Assembly (NCBI GenBank): GCA_947625955.1
Contig: CANQQH010000001.1
Coordinates: forward strand, 1 to 38,824
Reading direction: 5' to 3'
Source: an uncultured Clostridia bacterium
Lineage (GTDB): Bacteria > Bacillota > Clostridia > Christensenellales > UBA1242
DNA: 38,824 bases
In this document: positions 18,072 through 31,900 of the stretch, one piece after another
How the letters are laid out: each line of letters opens with the position of its first letter
Numbering within the stretch: the stretch's first letter is position 1
Program-made: the position numbers and the translations under genes
Notes under the pieces: model-generated
The model's database searches: none
Seen by the model: the letters and a program-made list of their open reading frames with translations, nothing else
Told to the model about the DNA's origin: nothing

Positions 18072-18119
18072 ATTCGACAATATTTAATAAAATAAAGCAA
18101 AATATAACATAATAGTAGT

Positions 18120-19358
18120 ATGAAAAAGATAAGTTGTTTCATACTATTTTTTTTGTTTGCCGCCCTAATGGTCGTGGTTTTGAATTTTGAAAACCATGTT
18201 TTGGCAGTTGCCAGCACCCCGCAGTTTACGATTGAGTGCGAAGGAAATATTATAGAAGTTCAAAAAGCAAAAACAAAACTTAGTGGTGTGCGCGAGAAGG
18301 TGACTGAACTCGATTTTGAAGATAAGGTCAAGGTTCTTGGCTTTGCCTATGAAGTTACGCATAGTGAAGAGAAAGCAATAGAATATGTTTTTCCTGAGAT
18401 TGTTGAAGCGGTGAATGAGCTTGAAAAAAAGGTGAGAGTTTTGCCCGTTTCAGCAACGCTCAAAACACACGAAAATAGTGGTGATATTTTCGTTGAAAAA
18501 TCAAAAACGGGAATTGAGTTGGAAAAAACGGGTCTTTTTTTAGACATATTTTACAAATTAAATAATTTTTTTGAGGGTGAACACTTCAAAGCCGAAACAA
18601 AAGTCGTTGAGCCCAGCGCGGATGAAAGCGCCATGAAGAGAGCAACCTTTCTTCGAGGTGAGTTCAAAACAAGCTTTGCTTCAAGCAAGAGTGAAAGAAA
18701 AAACAACATTCGTTTGGCGCTTGCGAGCCTGGACGGAAAGGTGGTTTTGCCCGGGGAAGAGTTGAGTTTCAATAAAGCAACGGGCGAGAGGGGTGAAAGC
18801 GCAGGCTACCAAAAGGCGAAAATTATCAAAAACGGCACGTTCGTCTATGAGTTCGGCGGTGGAGTGTGCCAAGCAAGCACAACGCTATATAACGCCGCGC
18901 TTGTTGCGGGTCTCGACATTGTTGAGGTGCATCCCCACAGCCTGCCGGTTTCCTATGTTGAGCCGTGCTTTGACGCAATGGTGAACAGCGGGTCAAGCGA
19001 CCTTGCTATAAAAAACAACACTTCCCGCCCGATAATGATTGCAACCAAAGTGACTGAAAACGACTGCACCGTTAGAATCTATGGGGAGAAGAAAGACTTT
19101 GAGGTTGTGCGGCTGAGCGAAAAAACAGAAGAGCTTTGCGAGTTCGTGGAAGAAAAAACCACCGACTATGAGGCCTTTGGATTTGCTTCGGCACCGAAGA
19201 AAGGTGAGGAAAAGATTGTCAGCTTTTTCAAACCCGGCATAAAAGCAAAGGGCTCGCTCGCCTACTACAAAAACGGCGTGCTCTATAAAACCAAAGTCAT
19301 CCGCGAAAACACCTATAAGCCAACCAAACAGATTGTGCTTGTTGCGGAAGAAAAGTAG
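18120..19358 (+). CDS. VanW-family protein with N-terminal TM anchor
   Basis: The hydrophobic N-terminus is ISCFILFFLFAALMVVVL. The VanW-domain core is ...GEELSFNKATGERGESAGYQKAKII...GGGVCQASTTLYNAALVAGLDIVE...H. Confidence 0.8.
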   Translation: MKKISCFILFFLFAALMVVVLNFENHVLAVASTPQFTIECEGNIIEVQKAKTKLSGVREKVTELDFEDKVKVLGFAYEVTHSEEKAIEYVFPEIVEAVNELEKKVRVLPVSATLKTHENSGDIFVEKSKTGIELEKTGLFLDIFYKLNNFFEGEHFKAETKVVEPSADESAMKRATFLRGEFKTSFASSKSERKNNIRLALASLDGKVVLPGEELSFNKATGERGESAGYQKAKIIKNGTFVYEFGGGVCQASTTLYNAALVAGLDIVEVHPHSLPVSYVEPCFDAMVNSGSSDLAIKNNTSRPIMIATKVTENDCTVRIYGEKKDFEVVRLSEKTEELCEFVEEKTTDYEAFGFASAPKKGEEKIVSFFKPGIKAKGSLAYYKNGVLYKTKVIRENTYKPTKQIVLVAEEK

Positions 19359-19577
19359 CATTGGTTTTTGGCGTGGTTAAAGTGAACCTAAAACACCTCT
19401 AAAATGGTATGACGAAAAACACAAAAACTGGCGGCAGAATATTTAGGCAAAAAACATCGCTTTTGCTGTGACGCGCTGAGGCAGAATTTATTAATAAAAT
19501 ATATAAAAATCGGGTGGAAAAATTACTTGTTTTTTCACCTGATTTTATGTTAGAAAAAACGATAAAAATTGAATTTT

Positions 19578-19610
19578 TTGAGCCCAATTAATTGGGCTCA
19601 AATTTTTTTA
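19578..19610. terminator. Perfect-palindrome terminator between vanW-like gene and the giant gene
   Basis: TTGAGCCCAATT/AATTGGGCTCAA (19578-19601) followed by ATTTTTTT, with an A/T tract upstream as well. Confidence 0.7.
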
Positions 19611-19638
19611 TTTTTCTTGGAATTGAGGCCTATTTTGT

Positions 19639-19667
19639 TTGACTAAAAACGCGAAAAATGGTAGTAT
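19639..19667 (+). promoter_or_regulatory. Candidate promoter of the giant gene (extended -10 type)
   Basis: TTGACT (19639-19644), 17-nt spacer ending in TGG, then TAGTAT (19662-19667). This would give a ~250-nt leader before ATG 19924. Confidence 0.35.
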
Positions 19668-19923
19668 AGTAGCAAGTGGTGAAGGCCACGAAAAATATCA
19701 GGTTTTTTGAGAAAAAAGTTTTGCCAAAAACGGCACGCAATTTTCCTCAAAATGGGCACATGAAATTCGAAAAACAGCGTAAATTTCACAAAGTTTATGG
19801 TGTTTTTGCGATTTTCAGACCTTTTGTGTGCTTCGTTTATCGACAAGATGTACCAAATCTTGCAAAGCGAAGAGCAAATAAAAACAAAACCTGGTGAAAA
19901 AACTAAATCCAAAGGTGGAAATT

Positions 19924-22900
19924 ATGAGCGAACTTAATCAAGAGCAAACCCAGGAACAAAATCAAGAAAAGAAAGGGATGAAGAAAGGTGCAAAGATAAC
20001 TCTGCTTATTTTGAGCCTGCTCTTCTTCCTTGGCGCGATCATCACGCCTATTTTGATGTTCACGCTTCCTGGAAAAACAAATGTGCGGGAAACGCAAATT
20101 GGCGGATTCATTGTCAGGTATGACGCAGCCGCCAATGTGTATGACATCTTCCGCTATGTTGGCGACGACGTTGACGTTGTTGTTCCAGCGGAACTTGACG
20201 GCATCCCTGTTCGAGATATTTTGAGCGGGGCGTTTAGTGCAAGTTCTCGTGACGCGAACAGAAACATCAAAAGCGTCGAAATCGAAGATGGCATTCGAAA
20301 TATTGGCGACGGAGCTTTCAAAGACTGCGAAAGTTTGGAAAAACTTGTCTTCCCACAATCAGTTGGTGAAGTTGGTGCAGGTGCGTTTGAAGGCTCAGGT
20401 GTTCAAGAACTTGTTGTTGAAGACGCCTCACGCCTTCGCTTCAAGTCGGGTGCTTTGGAAGGTGCCGAACACCTCAAAAAGTTGACGATCACCGGCGCTG
20501 GTGAAGACAACACGATCGGCAAGGACTCGCTTGGCGACCTTTCTGGTAACATCACTGACGTTGAAATTGGAAAAGACGTTAACATTGGTGACGGCGCGTT
20601 TGCCGGCGCATCAAACCTCACAACGCTCTATGTTTACAATTACAGTGCTCTTGAAGTTAACGAATCTGCATTCGTTGGCTCAAACATCAACACCTTGGTT
20701 ATATATCATGCCGAAGACACTCTCACAAGCGACTTCATGCAAAAGTTCTTCGACGCAAAACTCAGCCGCCTTGCAAATGTTGTGCTCGATCCAGACATCA
20801 ACAAAATTGGCGCTGAGGCATTCATTAGATTCCCAACCCTTATTAGTGTTACTGTTGGAAACGGAACAAAGATTGATATCTCATCATTCCCAGCAGCAGC
20901 AGACATGCAAAAAGATTTCAGAATTCACTTCTCGGGCGAGGGTGAGTTCTCACTTGAAATCACACACGACACAAGGAGACCTTCCTACGACACCATCACC
21001 AGTGCGTTTGCAAACCTCTTTGCCGACTTCAACAACATCACAAGCTTGAAGCTCGACGAGAACTTCAAAGCAATAAGCAACAACGCGTTTGCAAACTTCA
21101 CATCTCTCAAACTTCTCGACTTTGGTGAGAGAAGCATGGTTGAAATCATTGCCGACAACGCCTTCGGTTCATATGATAGCGTTGAGGGCAGACTTGACGT
21201 TTTGGGCCCACGCGCCGACCACAACGCAAAGATGGATGCAACAATCGGCAGCGCAATCAACCCTGTTTATGCCGCATTCAACAAACAATATATTGATTAT
21301 TATAAGAGAAATTCCTATAACGGAAGCAGCGAACTTGGATATTATAGAGTTTCTCTCGACTACACCCACAAGTTCAGCGACAGCGATGTTATACCTGGTG
21401 CAGCTGTTCCTGAGATTTTCCCACTCACACTCTATGTTGGCTATGAAGATGTTCTTCTCGACAAGCTCCCAATCGGTGGTACCGACGACACAAGGTGGTA
21501 TGTTGAAGGCTACACCCTTGTTGGCTGGAAGCTCGCCGATGGTTCAAGCCTTTCAAACCAAACAATCGGCGACCTTGGTGAAGTTATCACTCTCTATGCT
21601 GTTTGGATCAGCGGAAACTACACAAGGTATAGAATTGAATACTATGTTCAAGACGTGTTCGACGAAGGCCTCTATGCAATCTATGGCAACCCATTTGTTG
21701 AAGGTGAGGGCGGACCTGTTTATAAGACCGGCACAACCGACACCATCATCGATGTTATCACCGACCCTGAGTATCAAAGCTATGTTGCAGAAATTGAAGG
21801 CTTCACATTTGATAGAAACAACAATCAAAATGTCACAAGAATTTCAATCAATGCGAACGGACAATCAGTTTTGAAACTCTACTACACAAGAAACAAATAT
21901 AAACTCTACTTCGACTTCAACGACAAAGCTAGCGACGGCTTCACTCCTGTTGACGAGAGCAAACTTTCTCTTGGCGACATCAAGACCGACGGCAATGGCA
22001 GATATATTGAAATCAAATATAGAGCACCATACACCGATCTTCTTGACCTTTCAAACGCAAGACCTGGTTATAGGTTCGATGGCTGGTCGTTCGACCCTGA
22101 GAACCGTGACCCAGCAAGAGTTGTAAACCCAACAACAACTCACGATTTTGCATCAGACAAAACTCTCTATGCAACCTTCACGGCTCAAACCACGACCTAT
22201 AAAATTGAGCACTATCTCGAAAACATCGCGGATGAGGGCTACACTCATGAGCCAAGGCTGGACAGCACCGTTCAAATTGCAACCGACGCAATGGTGAACC
22301 AAGAGGCTGACCATATCAACGGCTTCATCTTTGATACCGATAACGAACTCAACAATAATGGTGTGAGAGCGCATGGCTTCTTTGAAGGTGAAGAAGGGCA
22401 GACTATTATCAAATTATATTATAATAGAGAGCGCTACACCCTCGTGTTCGATGTGAACAAGGGCACAGGCTCAACCGAAATCAACGTTCAAGAAGGTTCA
22501 AGCCTTCGCCATGAGGACGTTAAGTTTGGCGACAAGTATTCAAACTTCTTCCCAACACTCACTCGCGATGGCTACACCTTTGACTCATTCAACACTCTTG
22601 CTGACGGAAGGGGCACAAAAATCACCAACGCTACTCTTGTTAATGAAGAAGCAATCGTTGGTAAAACTCAAACTCTCTATGCGATTTGGAAGGCGAACAC
22701 CTACACCGTTGTTTACCACGCAAACAACAGCTCGCTCGAAGAATTGACTGAAAGCGAAACAAAGACCTTTGATGTTTCGTTCAACCTCAAAATGAAGCCA
22801 GCAAACTTCGTTTATGCAGGTCACACATTCAAATATTGGTGCTTGAACCCAAGCGACGACGCGGGCTACGCTCACTATGACCAAAATCAAGAGGTAAGCA

Positions 22901-25900
22901 ACCTTTCAACTGAGGCAAACGGCACTGTTGACCTCTATGCAATCTGGACTGCTAACAATTATTATATTGTTTATCATGGCGGCGACCAAGGCGCATATGC
23001 TGAGCCTGAAATGGAAAGAACAACTGCAACATTTGGCGAGAGCTTCACATTGCGTGAGAACACCTTTGTGTTTGCGGGTCACAAGTTCCTTGGTTGGAAC
23101 AAAAACGAATCTCAAGCAAAAGAGGGCAGAGTTGAATATACTGATGGCGCAACAATTGAAGCAAACCTTTGCGAAGATTCTGGCGGCATTGTTAACCTCT
23201 ATGCTGTTTGGGAAGTGTTCAAGTTCACTCTCACCTATGATAAGAACGGCGGCAACATCAAGGGAGGCGCTGCAACCACACAAGAAGTGAACTACACCGA
23301 CACCATCAACCTTGCAAATGGTGACGAGCTCTTCGAACGCCCAGGCTACACTTTCGACGGCTGGTCAAGAAACAAAGCCAGCAAGCAATATAGCAGCAAT
23401 GCAAGCATCAAGATTTCTGAAATTGCAGGCAACACTCAAAATGGTGAGGCCATCACTTTCTATGCAATTTGGAAAACAATTTCATATAAATTCACAATCC
23501 ACAGCGGCCTTGAACAAGACAAAACAGCTGAAAGACACTTCACTGTTGAAGACTCAATTGACAGGGAGAGCCTTGAAGCCGAGTTTGGCAACACTGGCTA
23601 CTCAATCATCGGCTTTGCAACAAGCAAGGGCGGGGAGAACGTTCCAGGGCTTGAAGCAAACATCAGTCAATGGATTTTGAGCCAAGAAACAACCGAATTT
23701 GAGATTTGGGCACTTTGGACAGCAAATGTTGCAACCAACTATAACATCCAAATCTTCTTTGAGGAAGTTATTGAGAGCGGAAGGACTCAAACAAGATACC
23801 CACAAGCTCCAAACATCACCGACACAGAAACGGGCATGACTGGCAAATATGCAACACTCTCCGACGAAGCTGCAAGAGCAAAATATGCTTCTCAATATGC
23901 AAGCTTGTTCGTTGGTCATGTTCTCGACGAGGAAAAGAGCGAAACAAACAAGCAAATTGAAGGCAATGGGCAAACAACCCTCAAACTCTACTATAAACTT
24001 GCAACATATAATGTTAAGCTCAAAGAAAACAAAGCAGAACTTTCAACTGGTGCTATCACCGGCTTTGTTAACGACCAAGAAGTTCAAGTAACATATAAGC
24101 TCCCATATGGCAGTTTGCCAGAAACAGGGGATGTTAGCCGCCAAGGCTACACCTTCAAGGGCTGGTCAAAGACTGCAAATGGCGACGAAATGGTTACTAA
24201 CACAACAATCTATGAAACTGATAGCGACAGCGAACTTTTCGCAATCTGGGAAAAGAAGTCAATCGAATATTCAGTTGAATACTACAAGAAGAGCCTTGCC
24301 GGCGAATACGAGAAAGACATGGTGGAGAGCTACACAGCAAGTGCGCTTGTTGATACTCTTGTCACCGCGCAAAGCAAGACTTTCGACGGCTTCACACTAA
24401 ATGAAGAAGCCGAGGGCACACTCACATCGTCGAACAACAACGCCGAGGGTGTTACTCTCAAACTCTTCTATGACAGGCAAAACATCACTCTTGAATTTGT
24501 CTATGACGACGAGAGTGGTGAAGAACAAGTTGCAGGGCAATCAACAAAGCCATTTGGAACAAAAGAGAGCGTTGAATCTCTTGATATTCCAACCCCTAAA
24601 AAAGACGGCTACACCTTCGAATATTGGGTTGACGGCAACGGCGAGCAAATCAGCGAAGTTGAGTTCAAGACCAACGCCGAGAAGCCAAAAGCTCAATTTA
24701 GAGAGAACGCCTACACCATTGAAATTGAAGAAAATGGTGGAACTCTCGCAATCAATAATAAGGTGAGGATGACCGCGCTATATGTTTGGGAAGGCAACAG
24801 AATTGTTGTGAAATATACCGAGACCCTCGACCTTTCTGAAATTGCAAACAAACTTACAAGAACGGGCTACACCCTTCTTGGATTTGACTATACACAAAAA
24901 CTTGACGACCCAACCTATTCAGTTGAGGCCGACATTTCAAGCTTGCAAGTGGAAGATGTTGTTAAGGCTGCGCCAAACGCAGAGTCTCCATATCCTGAAA
25001 CAACAATCAACCTCTATGCAATTTGGCAAATAAATTCCTACACAATCACTTATAGATATGGCAGCGAAGGCGATGTTGTGGATGGACCTTTTGTGTATGA
25101 CACACTCCATGAACTTAAAGGAACCGACACATTCACTCGCACAGGCTATTCATATACCCACTGGAAAGAAGTTGGCGGGGAAGAAGGCCGCTATGAAGCA
25201 AGCACATCAATCAAGATTCCTGCTCACAACATGATTTTGACCCCTGACTGGATTGCAGCAAAGTTTGATGTTAAGTATGACGCGAACGCAAAAACATACC
25301 ACAAAGATAGTTCGCCAATCACCTCACGCGTTGAGGGTGCAACTCAAAACACAACCTTGACCTATGACGGAAGCGGCACAATCAAGCAAAACGGCTATAT
25401 CCTCAAAGGCTACACTTTCCAACATTGGAACTCAAAGGCTGACGACAAGGGCACAATCTACACCGAGAATCAACCTCTTGAAAGCGGCGCTATCAATCAA
25501 TTGTTTAACGATGCTGAGGCAGGTGTTGTAACTCTCTATGCAATTTGGCAGAGAAACACCTATGACCTTGTTATCGACGCAACAAGCAACACAAGCGCAA
25601 AACCATCAACCGCAACAAAGAAACTCACCTATGACGAAGAGTTCCTTTTGACCGACTCAATCCCTGAGCTTGCAATAACAGCAAAGGGCTATAAGCTCAA
25701 AGGCTACAACACCAACAAAGAGCAAGCAATTGCTGGAAATGTTGAGGACGGCTATTCAGCTGAAAACCTCAAAGTTGGCGTAAGAATCTTCAACCCAACA
25801 CTCAATGAGCAAAATCAATTTGTTCTCTATGCTGTTTGGGAAGAATCGGGCGATGTTGAATACTATATTGAGCACATCAAGGAAGACCTCACTGGTGGCT

Positions 25901-28900
25901 TCACAATCATTGATAAAGAAACAGCCTATGGCTTTGTTAATGCAAAAGGAGAGGCAACACCAAGGTCGTATCCTGGCTTCACCTATGCAAAGGGTCATGA
26001 GGGCGAAAAACCCGATGGCCAAATCGTTGCAGAAGGCGAGCCACTTACCCTCAAACTCTTCTACACAAGAAATACCTACACCGTTCACTTCGACCTCAAC
26101 GATTCGGGCAAGAGTGGAACAGTTAGCGGCGCATATAACGACATTCTTGAAGTGAAGTTTGAGCAAGTTATCAACGATAAGAGCGCGATCCCACAAATAA
26201 CCAAGAAAGGCTATAACTTCCTTGGCTGGTTCACCGAAAGAACTAATGGCGACGAGCTCGAAGCAGAAACAACCTACACTTGGGCAGACGAATCCACAAA
26301 AACATTCTATGCTCACTGGGAAGCAACAACCGCCAATTATAGAGTTGAGCACTATTTGCAACAGCTCGATGGCGAATATCCAGCAAGTGTGAGCGATCCA
26401 CAATATTATGACATCAAGAGTGACACAACCGACACTTCGATTACTCTTGGCTCAATTCAAAAAGAATTCGACGGCTTTGAATATAACCATTCAATCCCAC
26501 CAGAGCTTGGCAACATTGATGGCGACGGCAACAAAACAATCAAACTCTACTATCAAAGAAAGACCTATTCTCTTGAAATCCAGCTTGAAGCAGGCATCAA
26601 GGGTGTGACCGCCACAATCAATCCAGAAGCTGCAAGCTCAAGCAAACTCGTTTATGAAGGGGTCAAGTTTGACGCAAGCGTAACTCTTGAAGCTGAGCTT
26701 GCTTCAAAGGGCTACACCTTCGACGGCTTCTATGAGCAAGGTCAAGACAACAAGTTCATGGAAGGCTCAACCTTCAAAATGCCAAACCGCAACCTCACAC
26801 TCGTTGCAAAGGCAATTGAGAAGACCTATAACATCACCTTCGACGGCAACGGCGCAGACGCTGGCAGCGAAACTGTTTCGTTCACCAAGAAATACACCGA
26901 GAGCCTCACAACTCCATCAGCTGCTGCGTTCACCAAGACCGGCTATACTCTTGTTGGCTGGGCACTTGACACAGCTGCATCAAGAGCACAATGGGGCGTT
27001 AGTGCTGAAACAAGCGTGAAGGCAATTGTTGATGCAAAGAACACCGACCTCACCGACATCACGGTTTATGCTGTGTTCAGCCCAATCACATTCACCATTA
27101 TCTATAATAATAATGGCGGCAGCGGCGACATGGCAAGAAGCGTGTTCACCTATGACCAAGACGCGTTCCTTTCTGAGTGCACCTTCACCAAGACCGGCTA
27201 CACATTTGAATACTGGACAGCAGGCGCCGAGGAGAGCGACAAGCTCTATGACGACCGCGAAAACATCAAAAATAAATATGACACAAAGCAAGAAATAACA
27301 ATCTATGCTCACTGGAAAGCAAAAGACTATGTTGTAACCTTCGATTCCAACTATCAAGGCGGAACACAGGAAACAACAAAGCACTTCACATTTGATAGCA
27401 AGTCAAATCAAATGGCAAGCGCGCTTTCACGCACTGGCTATAACTTCAAAGGTTGGGCACTAAATCAATATGCAACGTCGGCCGACTTTGCGGCAGATGA
27501 AGTGCTTGAAGACAACACAATCTCTCCAAACGGCGACGCTGTTAGAGTCTATGCTGTTTGGGAAGCACACACAACAATTGTTACGTTTGAAGGCAACGGG
27601 GCAGAAGAGGGCAACATGCTCCCTCAAACTTTGACCTATGGCAAAACAAACGCCCTCAAACAAAAAGAATTTATCCGCGCGGGCTACAAGTTCATCGGTT
27701 GGACCGAGGATCAAGAGAAAGCTTCTCGCGGAGAGTTTGACTATGCCGACATGGCAAACGTTAACAACAAGCTCTATCGTGCAAACGAAGAGGGCACCAA
27801 CGGTGAGCCTGTAACACTCTATGCTGTTTGGGAAGCTTTGGACGGCATCACTTATAAGGTTGAGCACTGGTTCGAAGTTCTCAACGAGGACGAGCCAGAT
27901 GCAGCCATCAGCTTTGCTAAACTTCCAACCCAGGCCGACGACGAACTCACCGGCAAAACTGGCGAAATGGCAACCGCAAGCCATAGGACCGTAAAGGGCT
28001 TCCGCTATGAAGCCAACTACTCAAATGGCGACTATGTTGCCAAAGAGAGCGGCGAAATCCTTGGAAACGGCACCCTCGTTTTGAAGGTTTACTATTTGAG
28101 AGAAACCTACACTATCACCTTCGATAGCAACGTTAAGGGCGACCTCACCGGTTCAATTGGTGAGCTTCCAGGAAGCGTTGAACTCAAATTCGAGGAAAGC
28201 TATAAGAAAGTCTTGGCAGCCGTAATGACCCGCGAGGGCTATGAGAATGCCAAGTGGTATCTTGATGCCGACCTTGAAAGCGAAATTTTCGCAGAAACCA
28301 AGTATGACCCAGACAATGGCACAACCGTTTATGCAAAATGGGAAGCACAAGATGTTAACTATACAATAGTTTATAAAGTTGAGCAGCTCAATGGCACTTT
28401 CGAGGAAAGTGAAGTTCCTGCTAGCGATAAAGCAGACTCAAAACCTGTTGTTGTTCCAAGCAAAGACCTTGGCGACGTTGCTGGCAACTATAACGTTCCA
28501 GGAAGCAAGAGCCAAGTTATCCGCGCCGACGGAAAAACTAGAATTGAGTTTGAATACACTCTCAAAACAATCAAGCTCACTCTCACAAAAACAACGGGCG
28601 TTGAGACTTTCACAGCCTCAGCAGAAGAATATGAACTCGCTTTGACTGGCGACTACTATATGGTGAAGATTGGTGCAACCGTCACAATCGTTGCAACCGC
28701 ATCAAACGGCTACCATATCACTGGCTACACAAAGGCCGGCGAACCATATAGCACGCTCACATTCACCATGGGCTCAGAGGAACTCACAATCGTTGCAACT
28801 GCCGAAGAATATGAATACACAATCGTGTATCATGCTGGCAAGGGCACAGAGAGTTCGTCAATTGCAAACGGAACCGTTAAATACACAAAACAACTTGAAC

Positions 28901-31900
28901 TCAGCAATGGCACTGGCTATACATATGAAGGTCACCTCTTCGGCGGCTGGTCGCTCACTGAGGAAGACCAAAGCGTTGACTTCATGGGCGGAACTTCCTA
29001 TGCTGGTTCTGCACTCATCAAAAAGGCTATTGAGAAGAGCACTAACACTGGCTACGACGACACCACCATCGACCTCTATGCAGTTTGGGGCGCAGATTCA
29101 TATAGAGTAACCTACAAGAACACCGGCGACGACGGAAAGAGCGATATCACCAACAGCTATCAATTTGGTTCGCGTCAATCCGCACTTGGTGCAAACACCT
29201 TCTCAAAGAAAGGTTATCACTTTGAAGAGTGGAAAGATTCAAACGGCGAAACAAGATATCCTGTTGACCAAGAGTTCACCATTCCTGCAAAGAACCTAAC
29301 TCTTGAACCTGTTTGGATTGCAAACACCTACTATGTTCACTTTGAGCCGGGTGCCGGCGTTACTGGTGGACCAATGTCTGACCAAGAGTTCACCTATGGC
29401 GTTTCAAAGAACCTTTCATGGAACACCTATTCAAAGAAGGGCTACACCTTTGGCGGTTGGGAATATAACGGGCAAACCTTTGCAGATAATGATTCTGTTC
29501 GTGACCTCACCGACAAAAACGGCGAGACAATAACCCTCAACGCAAAGTGGAACCCTGCAACCTCGTCCTACAAGATCTACCACGTTGTTGAAAACAAGAA
29601 AACAACCGTTCCTGGTCATGGATTCATGCCAGAGGGTGACTACTATATCTATCAAGAAGAACCACTCACTGGAACAACCGACAGTATTGTTGACGCAACC
29701 GTAACTTCGGCAGTCTATGGCAAAATCGCTGGCTTCACATACAGTGAGGAGCTCACTTCAGCCCTTGGTAAGAAGAGCGGTCAAATCACTTCTGACGATA
29801 GCTTGGAGCTCATCCTCTACTACACAAGAGACCAAATCACAATCACTCTCAAACCTGATGCCGACAGCGGCGTTAGCGGCGACCAAGTTGAGCTTCAATT
29901 CTACTTTGAGGAGAGCGTTGTTCTTCCATATGCAGGATTCAGCAAGACTGGTCACAAGTTCGACCATTGGAAAGAAGAATCGAGCGAAACCACCTATCAA
30001 AAGGACGCTCAATTCAATGTTCCTGCCGAAGATATCACTCTTGTTGCTATCTTCGTTCCTGAGCAATATGAAGTAACATTCGAGAACCACGACGAAACTG
30101 GCTCATCAAGGAAAGAAACTGTCACCTATGGAACAGACATGCAGCAGCTCAACTCGCTCAACATTCCAAAGCGCACTGGCTATAAGTTCCTTGGCTACTT
30201 CGACCAAGAACAAGACGGCACAAAATACTTTGATGCCGATGGCTCAGTTGCTCTTGACGGCGGCAAGTGGGTAATTCTTGGCGAGACTACTCTCCATGCT
30301 CAATGGGAAGCAATTGAGTATATCATCTACTTTGATATCACCTCAGGCGCAACACCTGGAACAAAGCAAATAAATGCAAAATACATGGAAGACCTTCAAG
30401 ACCTTGAAGCAGTTCCAACCAGAACTGGCTATGACTTTGCAGGCTGGTTCTATCAAGGAACAAAATACTTCGATGGCGAAGGCAAGGCCGTTGAGAAAGA
30501 CGTTAACGGCAAGAAGTGGGACGTTGCTCTCAGCGTTCACATGCAAGCTCAGTGGACCGCTCATGAATATGACGTTCACTACGACAGAAATGGCGGGCTT
30601 GGCGGCACCGACATGGCAGACTCTCACCATGTTTATGGAACAAAGAGCAAACTTAGCGACTGCACCTACACCAAGGAAGGCTACACATTTGGTGGTTGGG
30701 CACTCACTCAAGAACTTGCAAATCAAAAGCAAAAAGCATTTGATGATGGGGCAGAAGTTGAAACCCTTGTTAGCGAGAATGGCGGAAGTCAAACTCTCTA
30801 TGCAATCTGGAATGCAAACAAATATAACGTCACTCTTGATAACCAAAGCGCAACAGTTTTGGGCCAAACCTCAATTGAAGTGACCTTTGGCGAAAAGAGC
30901 GCGAAGATAACTCGCCTTCCATCCAAGACGGGCTACACTCTTCTTGGCTACTTCACAACCCCTGAGGTTGGTGACCAAGATAGTGCTGTTCAATACTTCG
31001 ATGGCACTGGCGCGCAAATCAAAGAATGGGATAAAGTTGTTGGAGCAGAAGGCTTCACACTCTATGCTCATTTTGCCGCAGCAAATGTTAACTACACCAT
31101 TAAGTACTACACCCAAGACAAAGACGGCAGCGGCTGGACATATATGGCTGGTCAGGACGAGACCAAGCAAGCATCCGCCGACACAACCATCACCGTTGAA
31201 CTTGACAGCAACAAGTTCACAGGCTTCTCAGCTCCAACCGAGAGCCTCACTCTTGAAGTGAAGGCCGATGGCTCAGCTGAGTTTGAAGCACGCTACACAA
31301 GAAACAAATACACCTTGACCATTTCAAGAGAGAACGGCAAGGGCGTTAACAATGTTGTTTCATCAAAGGGCAGCAAGCAATCTGGAACTGCTGGTGGAAC
31401 CGACAGCATTGTTTATGAAATCTTCTATGATGTTGAATTTACATTGACGGCCTCAATGAAGACCGGCCACACCTTCCTTGGCTTCTATCAAGGCGAGGGC
31501 AAGGTTAGCACAGATAGCCAGCTCACCTACACGGCAACAATGGGCACCGAGGCAATCAACATTGAAGCTCGTTCAAGAATCAACACCTACACTCTCAAAG
31601 TCTATGAGCACAAAGACAGCGAGAAGTTCGTTACAAAGACTCTCAACTATGATGAGGAGTACGCTTTGTCGAACGAAGCAGGCTCGGATATCCGCGTTGA
31701 ACGCGCTGGCTACACCTTCAAGGGTTGGTCAACAACCAAGACTGGCGTTGCAACCTACACCGAGGGCAACACCGTTTCAATGCTCACCGCACAAGATGGC
31801 GGCACCTATGAACTCTGGGCAGTTTGGGAAGTTGGAACCTCAACCTACACTGTTCACCACATCTATGAAGGCTTGACCGACGACGACTACACCGGCTCAG

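Noticed and set aside
16496-18217. Antisense ORFs over cca and the cca-vanW junction (16496-16825, 16903-17292, 17006-17380, 17485-17991, 17666-18217)
   Set aside because: They lie opposite a well-supported CCA-adding enzyme gene, and their Leu/Phe/Ser-rich products are typical of antisense frames in AT-rich coding DNA.
19537-19703. Invertible promoter (inverton) upstream of the giant gene
   Set aside because: The only inverted repeat bracketing the candidate promoter is a 7-bp core (ACCTGAT at 19537-19543 / ATCAGGT at 19697-19703). The left copy is already part of a local hairpin. This is too short to support a recombinase site.
19676-19897. 73-aa basic ORF (GTG start) in the leader of the giant gene, and antisense ORFs 19399-19587, 19643-19912, 19903-20358
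   Set aside because: They have no SD and non-canonical or unsupported starts, and they overlap the terminator/promoter region or the 5' end of the giant gene. I treat this region as untranslated leader.
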